DNA of 42,522 bases from a virus, in the IMG/VR virus record IMGVR_UViG_3300045988_097304, positions 1 to 42,522 of that record; one strand, written 5' to 3'. This document shows positions 31,093-40,027 of this stretch, piece by piece. Each line of letters opens with the position of its first letter. The first letter of the stretch is position 1. The notes beneath the pieces were generated by a model. It was not told the origin of the DNA, did no database searches, and worked only from the letters and a program-made list of their open reading frames with translations. A program made the position numbers and the translations under genes.

Positions 31093-31266
31093 TCACTTCC
31101 CTTCGAGCGCGTCCAGCCGCTTCTTGATTTTCTCGATTTCCGCGTCCTTCATCCTGTCCGCGTTCCAGCTCGCCATGCAGAAATCGCGCAGAAACATCCC
31201 CAGATTCCTGACGTATTCCGCCAGTCTGCCGCTCTCCTGCGGCACTCTCGGCTGCTTGAATGCCAT
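31093..31266 (-). CDS. Small hypothetical protein (57 aa)
   Basis: GAGGTG RBS before ATG 31266, 2 nt after the upstream stop. Confidence 0.5.
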   Translation of the reverse strand: MAFKQPRVPQESGRLAEYVRNLGMFLRDFCMASWNADRMKDAEIEKIKKRLDALEGK

Positions 31267-31268
31267 CC

Positions 31269-32759
31269 TTACACCTCGTCCAAACTGTATTCCACCTGAA
31301 CCCCGCCGTAGATTCGCCATCCGGCAGGCTTCGCGTGACTGCGAATCTTCAGCTTCATCCGAACGCCCGCAATCTGAATCTTAACCCGATAGTCCCGCCT
31401 GTCCCTTTGCAAAAGCACCGTCCGCGTCTTTTCCCGCTTCTCGGTCTTTATCGTGATTTCAAGCGGCAGGTCATTTTCGTCCGCGTCCGCCGTAAAGCGC
31501 AGCAGGTAGTCCCTCTTCATGTACGCCTTGCCCAAGTCCAGCCACGGCGTTTCCCATATGCACTCCATCGGCATATCCAGATAGCTTCCCTCGTTCTCCC
31601 TCGCGTTGTAAAGCAAGACCTCGTACGGGCTTTCCGCCTGCGTGTAGTAGACCCTGCCGTTTATCGCGAAAAAGTCCTTGACGCGGATGCCCTTCCTCAG
31701 CATGAACGTTCCGCGCTCCGTGTCGTATTCGATGACCGTGTTGTTTTCCGTCAGCGTCTCGTTTTCGCTTTCCCTGACGCACATCGCCAGATAGTAGACG
31801 TGGTCGCATATGCACGCCCGCGCCGCGCCGTCCATCCCGTCCATCCTCATCCGCATCGTCTCATACAGCGCGTCCCGGCTGAGCAGCCGCAGCGTGCTTC
31901 CGTCGTATAAGCCGATGCCGCTCTGCGACAGGTACAGCATGCTCGTCCTGTCCGTGCAGATGGTGCGTTCCTCCACCGGACCGTCTGTGCCGTATGCCTC
32001 CGTAATCGTGAAGCTGCTCGGGTCTGTCCCGCGTATCTCGAAGATTGTCCGCTCCTTGACCGCCAGCAGATACCCGCCGAACGGCTCAAGCGATATGAAT
32101 GCGTCCCCGTCCCATGTCGGCTGGTTGATGACGCCGCCGCCCAGCTCGGGCGTCTCCGGCACGTCCGTCCAGTTGAACGGGTCGTAGGGTCGTGAGTAGA
32201 ATACGCTGTCCGGATAGCCCACCGCGCCCGTTCCCCATATGCGCTCCGCGTGCCGCCCCAGCACGGCAAACTTCACCTCGCTGTATGCGTCGCCGATGGT
32301 CAGCGTCTTCTTCTCTACCCGCAGGTCGTTGCCGTATACCGCAATCATCCCGTCCTTTTCGTTGGAAAGAATCAGAATGTCCACCGTCTGCCCGCTGTCC
32401 GCCGCTTCATAGGTGACGCTGCTCCATTCGTCGCTCTTGTATCCCTCCGACCGCTTGACCCAGCCCTCTGTTCCCAGCGTGTAGGTGTAAATCGCGCCCT
32501 CTGCCGCCGCGACGTATACGTCCGCGTCGTCCGGTCTTGACCGCCTGTAAAACCGCGTCAGCGTCTTGATTTGCGCCCCCAGCGACGGAAAGGCGCGGCT
32601 CGTGCCGTATGCCGATGCCAGAAGCCCGCGCTCCGTCCGGATGTTCTGCGCCCGGTAGGCGTAGTCCGCGTTGATGTTCGTGTCGCCCGCCGCCTGATAG
32701 ATGCCCTTGGGCGTGGGGATGGTGAATTTTCCTTCGTAATCGCTGTCGCTGATGCTCAT
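31269..32759 (-). CDS. Structural protein of unknown role (496 aa)
   Basis: Long ORF coupled by ATGA to the upstream gene. Located in the morphogenesis module. Confidence 0.6.
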   Translation of the reverse strand: MSISDSDYEGKFTIPTPKGIYQAAGDTNINADYAYRAQNIRTERGLLASAYGTSRAFPSLGAQIKTLTRFYRRSRPDDADVYVAAAEGAIYTYTLGTEGWVKRSEGYKSDEWSSVTYEAADSGQTVDILILSNEKDGMIAVYGNDLRVEKKTLTIGDAYSEVKFAVLGRHAERIWGTGAVGYPDSVFYSRPYDPFNWTDVPETPELGGGVINQPTWDGDAFISLEPFGGYLLAVKERTIFEIRGTDPSSFTITEAYGTDGPVEERTICTDRTSMLYLSQSGIGLYDGSTLRLLSRDALYETMRMRMDGMDGAARACICDHVYYLAMCVRESENETLTENNTVIEYDTERGTFMLRKGIRVKDFFAINGRVYYTQAESPYEVLLYNARENEGSYLDMPMECIWETPWLDLGKAYMKRDYLLRFTADADENDLPLEITIKTEKREKTRTVLLQRDRRDYRVKIQIAGVRMKLKIRSHAKPAGWRIYGGVQVEYSLDEV

Positions 32760-33328
32760 CTGCGATACCTCACGTCCGTCGCTTCATACAGGTTGCGCAT
32801 CCGCGTCACGCTTCCCATGCCCTGCGGACGGATGCGGTTCATCTCCTGATAGAAACTGTTCTGGTAAAACTGCGCGCGGCTCTGCTTGGCGAGGTTGCCG
32901 CTGGACAGATGGCGGTAACAGATGTAGTCCGACAGTGCCGCGTGCGCGTATGCCGGAAGCAGCGGCTCGTCCTCCCCGTCCTCCATCGGTGGGAAACTGA
33001 CCTCGCATAACGCCCGCAGCGTCTTTCCCTTCAGGTCGTCCCGCCATACGGTAAGGCTTCTTCCGTCCCCTGCCAAATCAAAGGCGACGTCCCGCCCGTC
33101 CTCGTCCGTCATTCGGATGACCCTGTTTACGATGACCCCGACAACCGGCGCGCGTCCGTTACCGTCGATGTCCAGACACATTTCCCTTCTGGGCTTGAGA
33201 TATTCGCGAACCGCGATGTCATAGCCCATGTTCGCGTATACCTTGAATGCTTCCTCATATTCGCTCACGTCCTGCGGGTCTTCCCCCAGCTGCCGCAGGG
33301 CTTGCGCGATGATCTGGCTGAGCGTCAT
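32756..33328 (-). CDS. Head-tail connector-sized protein (190 aa)
   Basis: GGGAGGTG RBS. Lies downstream of the capsid gene. Confidence 0.5.
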   Translation of the reverse strand: MTLSQIIAQALRQLGEDPQDVSEYEEAFKVYANMGYDIAVREYLKPRREMCLDIDGNGRAPVVGVIVNRVIRMTDEDGRDVAFDLAGDGRSLTVWRDDLKGKTLRALCEVSFPPMEDGEDEPLLPAYAHAALSDYICYRHLSSGNLAKQSRAQFYQNSFYQEMNRIRPQGMGSVTRMRNLYEATDVRYRR

Positions 33329-33342
33329 GGGCTACACCTCCC

Positions 33343-33615
33343 TTAAATCACGCCGCAGTTGGTCATGATTTCGACCAGCGGCTCGGGAACATCAACCGTC
33401 TTGCCGCGCAGAAAGTAAAAGCTCACGCCGTTCATTCCCACATACACAACGTCATCTCCACTTCCGGGGATGAGCGGAATCATCGTTTTGACGTTCTTGT
33501 AGGTCTCGCAGCCCGCGTCGCGCATCAGCTGCTTCATGTTTTCCTTGGTTTTTTCGCACTTGCCGAGCAGCACCGTACTCGCTTTCGCGATGCTCGAAGT
33601 CGTATTGATTGCCAT
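33343..33615 (-). CDS. Small structural-module protein (90 aa)
   Basis: AAAGGAG RBS. Lies directly after the capsid terminator. Confidence 0.5.
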   Translation of the reverse strand: MAINTTSSIAKASTVLLGKCEKTKENMKQLMRDAGCETYKNVKTMIPLIPGSGDDVVYVGMNGVSFYFLRGKTVDVPEPLVEIMTNCGVI

Positions 33616-33636
33616 GATATTTCTCCTTTCTAAATC

Positions 33637-33670
33637 AAAGAAAAGGGGTCAGGGCGAACGCCCCGCCCCC
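33637..33670 (-). terminator. Possible attenuating terminator after the capsid gene
   Basis: Imperfect GC-rich hairpin followed on the minus strand by CTTTTCTTT. Confidence 0.4.
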
Positions 33671-33676
33671 CAAGTG

Positions 33677-34621
33677 TTAAGCCGTAAAGCCTGTCTCGAT
33701 GCGCACCGCGAATTCCGGCTGAAGCAGCTTCACGCCGAAGCCGTCCATCTTCCAGCCGACCGTGCTGATCTGGTCGAGCGGGTCATCCGTGCCCGCGCTG
33801 CCCACAGGCTTGACGATGACGCGCGGATTCGCGCCCTTCCAGCTCGTGATGCCGTAGGCATACTGACCGAGTACGATGATGCTTGCGACATCCGCGCTCG
33901 ATGCGCCAGCCTTTTCAAAAATCTTTGCCTGCGTGGTCTCGATGAAGCGCACGCCGAACAGTCTGCCGACCTCTCCGCTGTAGATGTTCTCCTTGTCCTG
34001 ATACTTGCTGACCGCGATAAACGCCTCGTCCTCCTGCAAGTCATACACCGTATCCGGACCGATAATGGCGATGTAGTAGCCATTGAACGGCTTGGCAAGG
34101 TTCTTCTTGAGCATCTTGACCGCCCGGCGAATCTCCTTGTTGGTGAGCTTGTCCGCAGGCGTCAGCGTTGCGCGGCTGGTCTTGCCGTTTGCGTAAATGA
34201 CGTTGGTGCAGGTCGCCAGCTCGTCGCGCACCAGCGTGTCGATGCTTCGCGCACCCGCGTCGCCCATCATCTTGACCTTGCGGTCGAGCGTCAAGTCCAT
34301 GTGGCTCATGTCCAGCTTGTCCGTGGTGCGGGCGTACTGACCGTACTGATTGAGCTGAACGGTGACGGCAATCTCGCTGTACATGACGCTGTCGCCCGGG
34401 TTGCCCTCGCTCAGAGGGGTCGTGCTTCCCTCAAGCGGGATGAGCTTGCGGAAATTCTGAATCAAGCCGTTGTTCAGCGGCATCGGGTATACGTCCGCGT
34501 TCTGCAAATGAACGAGATTCGGCTCAAAAACCTTGAGCAAAGTGCGGTTGTAATAGGTCTGCATGCCCGGCGTCAAGCCGGTGCTGTTGGTCATGTTGGT
34601 ATTGGTATTGGTATATGCCAT
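33677..34621 (-). CDS. Major capsid protein (HK97 fold, N4-gp56-like pattern)
   Basis: 314 aa. ..MQTYYNRTLLKVFEPNLVHLQ...FRKLIPLEGSTTPLSEGNPG...NQYGQYARTTDKLD. Strong RBS and position after the scaffold gene. Confidence 0.8.
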   Translation of the reverse strand: MAYTNTNTNMTNSTGLTPGMQTYYNRTLLKVFEPNLVHLQNADVYPMPLNNGLIQNFRKLIPLEGSTTPLSEGNPGDSVMYSEIAVTVQLNQYGQYARTTDKLDMSHMDLTLDRKVKMMGDAGARSIDTLVRDELATCTNVIYANGKTSRATLTPADKLTNKEIRRAVKMLKKNLAKPFNGYYIAIIGPDTVYDLQEDEAFIAVSKYQDKENIYSGEVGRLFGVRFIETTQAKIFEKAGASSADVASIIVLGQYAYGITSWKGANPRVIVKPVGSAGTDDPLDQISTVGWKMDGFGVKLLQPEFAVRIETGFTA

Positions 34622-34633
34622 ATCTCTTACTCC

Positions 34634-35398
34634 TTAAAATTTCACGCGCTTGCCCTCCATGGCGGCGCGTTCGGCGCGTTTTTGGAACGCATCAAACTCC
34701 GCGTCTGTCATGTTGGCAATGGCGTTATCGTCCGGCGGTGCGCCCGATCCGGCTGTCTTCGCCGTCGGCACGCCCCGCTTGGGTGTCTGCGGCGGCTTGG
34801 TCTGCTGCCGCTGCAAATACATCTTGGCTGCTTTTCGCAGGCTCATGCCCTCCGCGAACTGTCTCTTGACCTCCGCGTCAGTCGTCAGCACCAGCAGCTC
34901 TTCCACCGTCCAGCCGTCGGCGTAGAGGCTCTGCACCTCTGCCTCCGCCTGTCCCATCTGCGGATTGTCTGCTCGGCTCTGGTTGGCTCTCTCCTGCGCT
35001 TCGACGATTCTGCGTGCGGCTTTCGGGCTGATGTCGGTGTCGCTCTCGGCGATCCTGCGTGCCTGATAGTCCCTGAGCGCCTCCGTGATCTCATCGTCCG
35101 TCATGTCGCCCGCCGCGCCATGCACCCGCGCCGAGAAGTCAATATCCTTCTGAAATCCCCGCTTCTGGTTTGCCAGTGCCGATGCGATGCGCCGTCCGAA
35201 TTTGTCCTTGTCCTCCGTCTGGGGCTGCGCTTGTGTTTCCGGGTCGCCGTCACCCGTCTGTTCAGCCGTTTCTTCCGTTTCCGCCTGCGCCCCGCCCGTC
35301 AGATTGTCCATAAGGTCGCTAAGGGTGACCTCCTGTCCCGCCTGCGCGTCGTCCGCAAGCTCCTGCGTCATATCGACCGTGTTTTTAAGTTCATCCAT
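34634..35398 (-). CDS. Scaffolding protein
   Basis: Acidic, helical, low-complexity 254-aa protein between portal and capsid. Confidence 0.6.
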   Translation of the reverse strand: MDELKNTVDMTQELADDAQAGQEVTLSDLMDNLTGGAQAETEETAEQTGDGDPETQAQPQTEDKDKFGRRIASALANQKRGFQKDIDFSARVHGAAGDMTDDEITEALRDYQARRIAESDTDISPKAARRIVEAQERANQSRADNPQMGQAEAEVQSLYADGWTVEELLVLTTDAEVKRQFAEGMSLRKAAKMYLQRQQTKPPQTPKRGVPTAKTAGSGAPPDDNAIANMTDAEFDAFQKRAERAAMEGKRVKF

Positions 35399-35431
35399 GT
35401 GTTTGTCTCCTTATCGCGCCTTTCCGCGTTG

Positions 35432-37267
35432 TCAGCCGTTTTCGGCGTCCTTGGTTGCTTGCAGCATCGGGTTATAGTCCGCCTCCTGCTGCTTGGCTTC
35501 AAGCTGTGCCGGCGTCGCGAGCATGTTCTTGTACTCGCCGATGACCGCCTGCATGCCCGTGTTTTGGTTGGTCAGCTGCTCAATCTGCTGCTGCATCTGA
35601 GCAATGAGTGCCTGCTGTGCGCTGTTCTCTTCGACCATGCGCAGCACGCTCGACTTTGTCCTGTATCCCTCCATCAGGCGAATGACCGATTCGGGCGGCA
35701 GTGCCTGACCCGCCTGTCCGCAGATTTGCGCAACCTGCAAGAGGAATTCGTTGTCTGCCTGTACCTGCAAGGGATTGTTCTTCTGCACCTGCACGCGCAC
35801 CGTGTACGCGGGCTTGGGCAGTCTGCCGTTGTCTCGCATCGGCGCGATGAGCTGCACGAGCTTGTCCTTCATATTTCCGCTCGAGTCCCATCCGCCGACG
35901 ATCCTGAATTTCCGTTCCGTGTCCAGATAGTCGCTCAATACCCAAAGCATCTGCTCGACCATCTCGCGGAAAGCGTTCTTGAATTGTTCCGTGTGCCAGC
36001 GGGTCGTTTTGCCGCCCGCCTCCTGAAGGGCTTGAATGGCAGCCGCAGCCGTGACGCCCAGTCCGCCCTCTCCGCGGCTGAACTGGTTCTGTCCGCAGTC
36101 CTGCTTCATGCTGTCCACGAGGTAATTCATCGCCTGATAGACCTGCCCGTTCAGCGGTGCCGCCTGCACCGTCTGAATCGCCTCGCGAATATCGTTACCC
36201 TCCCACTCGATGATGGTGCGGCGCATGTCTGCGACGTCTTCCGGATTGACGCCGCTTCCGCGCCGGATGAAGTGCCGCTGCACGCTCGATTCACGGGCGT
36301 TGTCGTCGATGTACTTGAGGCATCTGTCTATCATGTTTTGTGTGCCGTAGTAGTCGTGTACAAGCCCCGTGCCGAACGGCTTGCGCCATACGCTCCTGTA
36401 CTTGTACAGCACAAACGGATACCTGCCGTGCGCGTATACGCCGTCCTTGTATTCCGTCTTTCCCGCGCCGCCAAAGCCCAGTTCCGTGCTGTACAGCAGC
36501 GCGTGACCCGCCAACTGCGCCATATGCACCATGTACCGCCGCTTGTCCGCGTCATATCGGCGATACCAAAACTCCAGCAGCATCACGCCTTCGTCGCCCT
36601 CCGCGATGTTTTGCAGGCTGTAATCGGTATCGTTATTGTTGGGGTCGGCGCGGACATAGCCGCGTGCGTGCGGGTAATGCTCTTCGACCCACGCAACCGT
36701 CGTGTGCGTTACTTTGAAGCATGCGCGTCCGTCCTGAATGTTCTCCTGCGTCGGATCGGGGTAGAAGTCCTCCGGATGCCACGCCAGCACGTTGATCATG
36801 CCGTCGCCGTCCTCAAGGTCATCGTCCCAAAACACCTGTGCGATACCCGTTCCCGTGACCGCCGCGTCCTCCATCAGCGTCTGATACGTCCCCCTGAATC
36901 CCGCCTGATACAGGGCATAGCTGACAACGTCGCTCATCTCTTCCGCGCTCTGCGCCGTTTCCTCGCGTTCAGGCACCATGACCGCTTCCGGCATGTTGTC
37001 GATCTGGTCGGCGATGACGTTGTCAATGCAGCTGTTCAGGGTGCTTGTGACCGGTGCGGTCAAGCTCCGCTCCTCCTGCTGCAATTGGCGCATCATGCGT
37101 GCAGCACGCATAGCTTCGTGTGTGCCGCGCAGCTCATCGTTGAAAAACGTAAACAGCGAATATGCCCTGCTTACAAGTGCTTTTTCATCCGGAGACAGCG
37201 GCTGCTCGCCGAATTCCTCCGGCTTGCTCTGTCTGATATCCCCCGGCGGGGAATCCCTCTTTCTCAT
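35432..37267 (-). CDS. Portal protein
   Basis: 611 aa, immediately downstream of terL. AGGAGG RBS. Confidence 0.7.
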   Translation of the reverse strand: MRKRDSPPGDIRQSKPEEFGEQPLSPDEKALVSRAYSLFTFFNDELRGTHEAMRAARMMRQLQQEERSLTAPVTSTLNSCIDNVIADQIDNMPEAVMVPEREETAQSAEEMSDVVSYALYQAGFRGTYQTLMEDAAVTGTGIAQVFWDDDLEDGDGMINVLAWHPEDFYPDPTQENIQDGRACFKVTHTTVAWVEEHYPHARGYVRADPNNNDTDYSLQNIAEGDEGVMLLEFWYRRYDADKRRYMVHMAQLAGHALLYSTELGFGGAGKTEYKDGVYAHGRYPFVLYKYRSVWRKPFGTGLVHDYYGTQNMIDRCLKYIDDNARESSVQRHFIRRGSGVNPEDVADMRRTIIEWEGNDIREAIQTVQAAPLNGQVYQAMNYLVDSMKQDCGQNQFSRGEGGLGVTAAAAIQALQEAGGKTTRWHTEQFKNAFREMVEQMLWVLSDYLDTERKFRIVGGWDSSGNMKDKLVQLIAPMRDNGRLPKPAYTVRVQVQKNNPLQVQADNEFLLQVAQICGQAGQALPPESVIRLMEGYRTKSSVLRMVEENSAQQALIAQMQQQIEQLTNQNTGMQAVIGEYKNMLATPAQLEAKQQEADYNPMLQATKDAENG

Positions 37268-37276
37268 ATATCCTCC

Positions 37277-38683
37277 TTAGTCCAGCGGATTCCACGCTTT
37301 CCGCTTCGGTTTGGGCGCGACGATCTTTGGCGCGAGCGGTCTTGACATTAAAAAGTATCGCGTCTCGTCGTAGATGTGGTCTTCGCCCGCCGTGTCGATG
37401 TCCTCAACCTTGTGTTCGTCATAGCACAGCGTCGGGATTGTGCGTATAAAGTCCGTGCAGTTGCTGAATACATACATCATCGGTCGCCCGTCCTCGTCAA
37501 ACCGCAGCCGCTCATGCACCTGCATCTTGCCCGGCATCCGCGTGTTGTCGCCTTTGCGGAACGTGACGCCGGAAAAGACCTTGCGGATCTGCTCCTCTAC
37601 GCTCGTTCCCCGACTCTCGTCCCAGATGGCAGGGTCGGCAATGCCCGTGATATGAATGCCTTCCCTGAATTCCGGCTCGAGCCAGTCCGCCAGCTTCGCC
37701 GCGATCTCTCCCGGCGTGAGCATCAAGCCGACGTTTGCCTCGCCCTTTTTGCAGCCGTACAGCTCCTTGTATCGGTATGCCCTGCCGTCAGGGTCAACCG
37801 CCCACGCGCCGAACGAAAACGGACGTGAAAAGCCGTGGTCAAAGCTGACGTACCGCGTCCAGTGCAGCGGAATGTCGAACGGGTCGATGACGTGCGTATG
37901 CAGCCCGTCCTTGTAATGCTCAGGGTCGTTTGTAAATTCCGGGAACGCCTGCCCCTCGAACGCGTCCCACTTGCCCAGCAGCAGCGCGTCCCGCAGCTTG
38001 TCGGGCTTCTGCTCCAGCTCCGCGATATACAGCTCATCAATGTGCGGGTTGTCATATACCGTCGCCGGGATGTACTCGCATACCGATTTCATCGTCTTTT
38101 TCTGCCCGTCGCGTCCGGTAATCTCCGTATCCTTGATCACCGTGTGCGTCCCGACGTCCGTTGAATCCACGAACCGCGCCTTCACCCAGCCGTGTCCGGG
38201 ACCTCCCGGGTTGCTCGCGCATCGCACACAGGGCTTGACGCCAAGGCGCAACGGCGCACGCAGTCGCGTCTTGATGTAGTTGTACATGCTTTCGCTGAAG
38301 TGCGTCAGCTCGTCAAAGTACAGCCACTGTATTTCCGCGCCCTGGTACTTGATGGTGTCGCCCTCGTCGCTCAGGTGGCAGAACCTCGCCACGCTCCCGT
38401 TGACAAACTGCATCTCATGGTTGCCGCTGTAATACTTGCCAAGCGTCTCCGGCACAATCATCCGCATCGTCTTGATGAGCGTCTGTTCCAGTTCCGGATA
38501 TGTCCGTCTGAACAGATACGCGCTTGTTCCCGGGTATTTCAGGCAGCGCATGGACGCATCCCAGCAGATGGCGTAGCTCTTTCCTCCGCCTGCCGCACCG
38601 CCGTACAGAATCTCGTTGCTCTTGCTCGCGTGAAACAGCCGCTGCTTGGCGGTCGGGCAGTAGTCAAAGACGATGCTGTTCAC
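37277..38683 (-). CDS. terL: Terminase large subunit
   Basis: Walker A ILYGGAAGGGKSY and Walker B WLYFDELTHF. A nuclease-type C-terminal half. GTG start with a GAGAGGGA RBS. Confidence 0.9.
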   Translation of the reverse strand: MNSIVFDYCPTAKQRLFHASKSNEILYGGAAGGGKSYAICWDASMRCLKYPGTSAYLFRRTYPELEQTLIKTMRMIVPETLGKYYSGNHEMQFVNGSVARFCHLSDEGDTIKYQGAEIQWLYFDELTHFSESMYNYIKTRLRAPLRLGVKPCVRCASNPGGPGHGWVKARFVDSTDVGTHTVIKDTEITGRDGQKKTMKSVCEYIPATVYDNPHIDELYIAELEQKPDKLRDALLLGKWDAFEGQAFPEFTNDPEHYKDGLHTHVIDPFDIPLHWTRYVSFDHGFSRPFSFGAWAVDPDGRAYRYKELYGCKKGEANVGLMLTPGEIAAKLADWLEPEFREGIHITGIADPAIWDESRGTSVEEQIRKVFSGVTFRKGDNTRMPGKMQVHERLRFDEDGRPMMYVFSNCTDFIRTIPTLCYDEHKVEDIDTAGEDHIYDETRYFLMSRPLAPKIVAPKPKRKAWNPLD

Positions 38684-39198
38684 GGGATAAAATCCCTCTC
38701 GTACGCCTTAACCCATTCAGGCATTTCCCCGATCGGCGCAATTCCTTTCACGGCTGGAATGTCGCTCCTCTTGTTATCGCCATGCCGCCTAATCCGCGTA
38801 ATCAGATACTCAAACTCTCTCTTCTCGAAGTTTTGAAGCCCAATGAAATACATTACGCCAATGTCCGCGCCTCCGTATTTCACGACATCGTCTGCCCCGA
38901 TTTTCCGAAAACATATTCTGTCCCCGCACGCATTCGGAATCTCATTCCCCTCGAGAGAGAACTGACAATAGAATTTCAGCAGATTTGCCACTCTACATTC
39001 CGCAATGTCCTTTTCGTCCTTGTAGAATACATAGATGTCCCACTTTTGCTTCGACAGGGTTCGTCTTCTGTTGAGCATGTTTAAAATGTGTATAAAAGCC
39101 ACGTCATATCTCTGATTTTCAACGAAGCTCTTCTCATCATTGATGAATCGTTCCTCGTCTTGGTCTACATTCAAACCGACCTCAAAACCAAATCTCAC
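38680..39198 (-). CDS. Degenerate paralog of the TerL N-terminal ATPase domain lacking Walker A/B (172 aa), low GC
   Basis: By-eye alignment to TerL residues ~22-170: VVKYGGADIGVMYFIGLQNFEKREFEYLITRIRR vs TIKYQGAEIQWLYFDELTHFSESMYNYIKTRLRA, and PIGEMPEWVKAYE vs PGGPGHGWVKARF. Confidence 0.55.
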   Translation of the reverse strand: MRFGFEVGLNVDQDEERFINDEKSFVENQRYDVAFIHILNMLNRRRTLSKQKWDIYVFYKDEKDIAECRVANLLKFYCQFSLEGNEIPNACGDRICFRKIGADDVVKYGGADIGVMYFIGLQNFEKREFEYLITRIRRHGDNKRSDIPAVKGIAPIGEMPEWVKAYERDFIP

Positions 39199-39200
39199 GC

Positions 39201-39635
39201 TCACTCCTCCTCTTCCGCCGGCATGCCCAGTTCAAACCCACTCGCAAACGAAATGCTGATATCCTGCTTCTCGTCCTTCGTCGCCTTGATGCCTGCTCTG
39301 TCCAGCGTATCCCGGATGGCGTTTTGCCACAAATACTGGAATGCAGGGTCGTAATTCGTGTTCAGAATCTCTTCATTGCGGTCGAGTGCCGCAGGGACTT
39401 GTTCGAGAATCCTGATCTTTGCCTGCGCCAGCCTCGCGTCCGACAGTGCCTTGATTCTGCCCGCGTGCTCCTCCGCGCCCAGCACTCGGTAAATCGTCGC
39501 CCTGTCTACTCCGTACTCCCGCGCCAGCTCGCTGACCGTCTCGTACTCCTCTACATACCTGCGTACAACCTCTCTGCGCTGCTCGTCCGTCAGTTTTCTG
39601 TTCGGCGGCGGCGTACGCGCCTTGTTTTTGCCCAA
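39201..39635 (-). CDS. terS: Terminase small subunit (HTH type)
   Basis: LTDEQRREVVRRYVEEYETVSELAREYGVDRATIYRVLG. GGAGGG RBS 6 nt before TTG 39635. The longer track ORF would cross a terminator hairpin. Confidence 0.55.
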   Translation of the reverse strand: MGKNKARTPPPNRKLTDEQRREVVRRYVEEYETVSELAREYGVDRATIYRVLGAEEHAGRIKALSDARLAQAKIRILEQVPAALDRNEEILNTNYDPAFQYLWQNAIRDTLDRAGIKATKDEKQDISISFASGFELGMPAEEEE

Positions 39636-39672
39636 GCCTATCCCTCCTTTTTTTGACCTGCCCTTTGGGTAT

Positions 39673-39707
39673 AAAAAAATTCCAGAAACTCGTGTGAGTT
39701 CTGGAAT
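39673..39707 (-). terminator. Rho-independent terminator ~40 nt upstream of terS
   Basis: Minus-strand TTCCAGAAC..GTTTCTGGAA hairpin followed by T7. Confidence 0.65.
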
Positions 39708-40007
39708 AGTGCTTATGTGTTCTGCTTTCTTCGCGTTTTTGCTTCCTGCTTGACCGGCAGGGGAGACGCCCGCAGGGCGGGGAGGCATATGTCCTTCGCC
39801 CGTAGGCGCGCCTGAGGTGGTCAATTCCGCATCCCCCGCCGCCCTTCCGCAAATCTGCTTTCAAAATTCTGCCTTTCGCGCGTCCCCGCGCCTGCCTGCC
39901 CGTCCGCGTGTGAGCAAGGGCTTGCCTTGTGCGGGTACGCATCCCACACGCTAGCCCTCGTCAATCCCAGCAATATCTACATTATCAGACCATCAGCCCC
40001 GCCGTGC

Positions 40008-40027
40008 GTCATAATCCGCGGCATAAT
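40008..40027 (-). repeat. Arm-like repeat copy 3 (inverted), identical to copy 2
   Basis: GTCATAATCCGCGGCATAAT is the reverse complement of ATTATGCCGCGGATTATGAC. Identity extends to 23 nt. Confidence 0.9.

Noticed and set aside
33536-37345. 1269-aa plus-strand ORF, with similar long plus-strand ORFs at 28689..30890, 26925..28646, 25575..26783 and 21948..23021
   Set aside because: They lie antisense to well-supported minus-strand genes (capsid, portal, the giant protein). The translations are Arg/Leu/Ala/Val-rich with no motifs and no RBSs. These are typical shadow ORFs of GC-rich DNA.
39636-39824. N-terminal 63-aa extension of terS in the ORF track (start 39824)
   Set aside because: The extension would be translated through a terminator hairpin and A7/T7 run and has no RBS. 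GGAGGG-N6-TTG at 39635 is a much better start.
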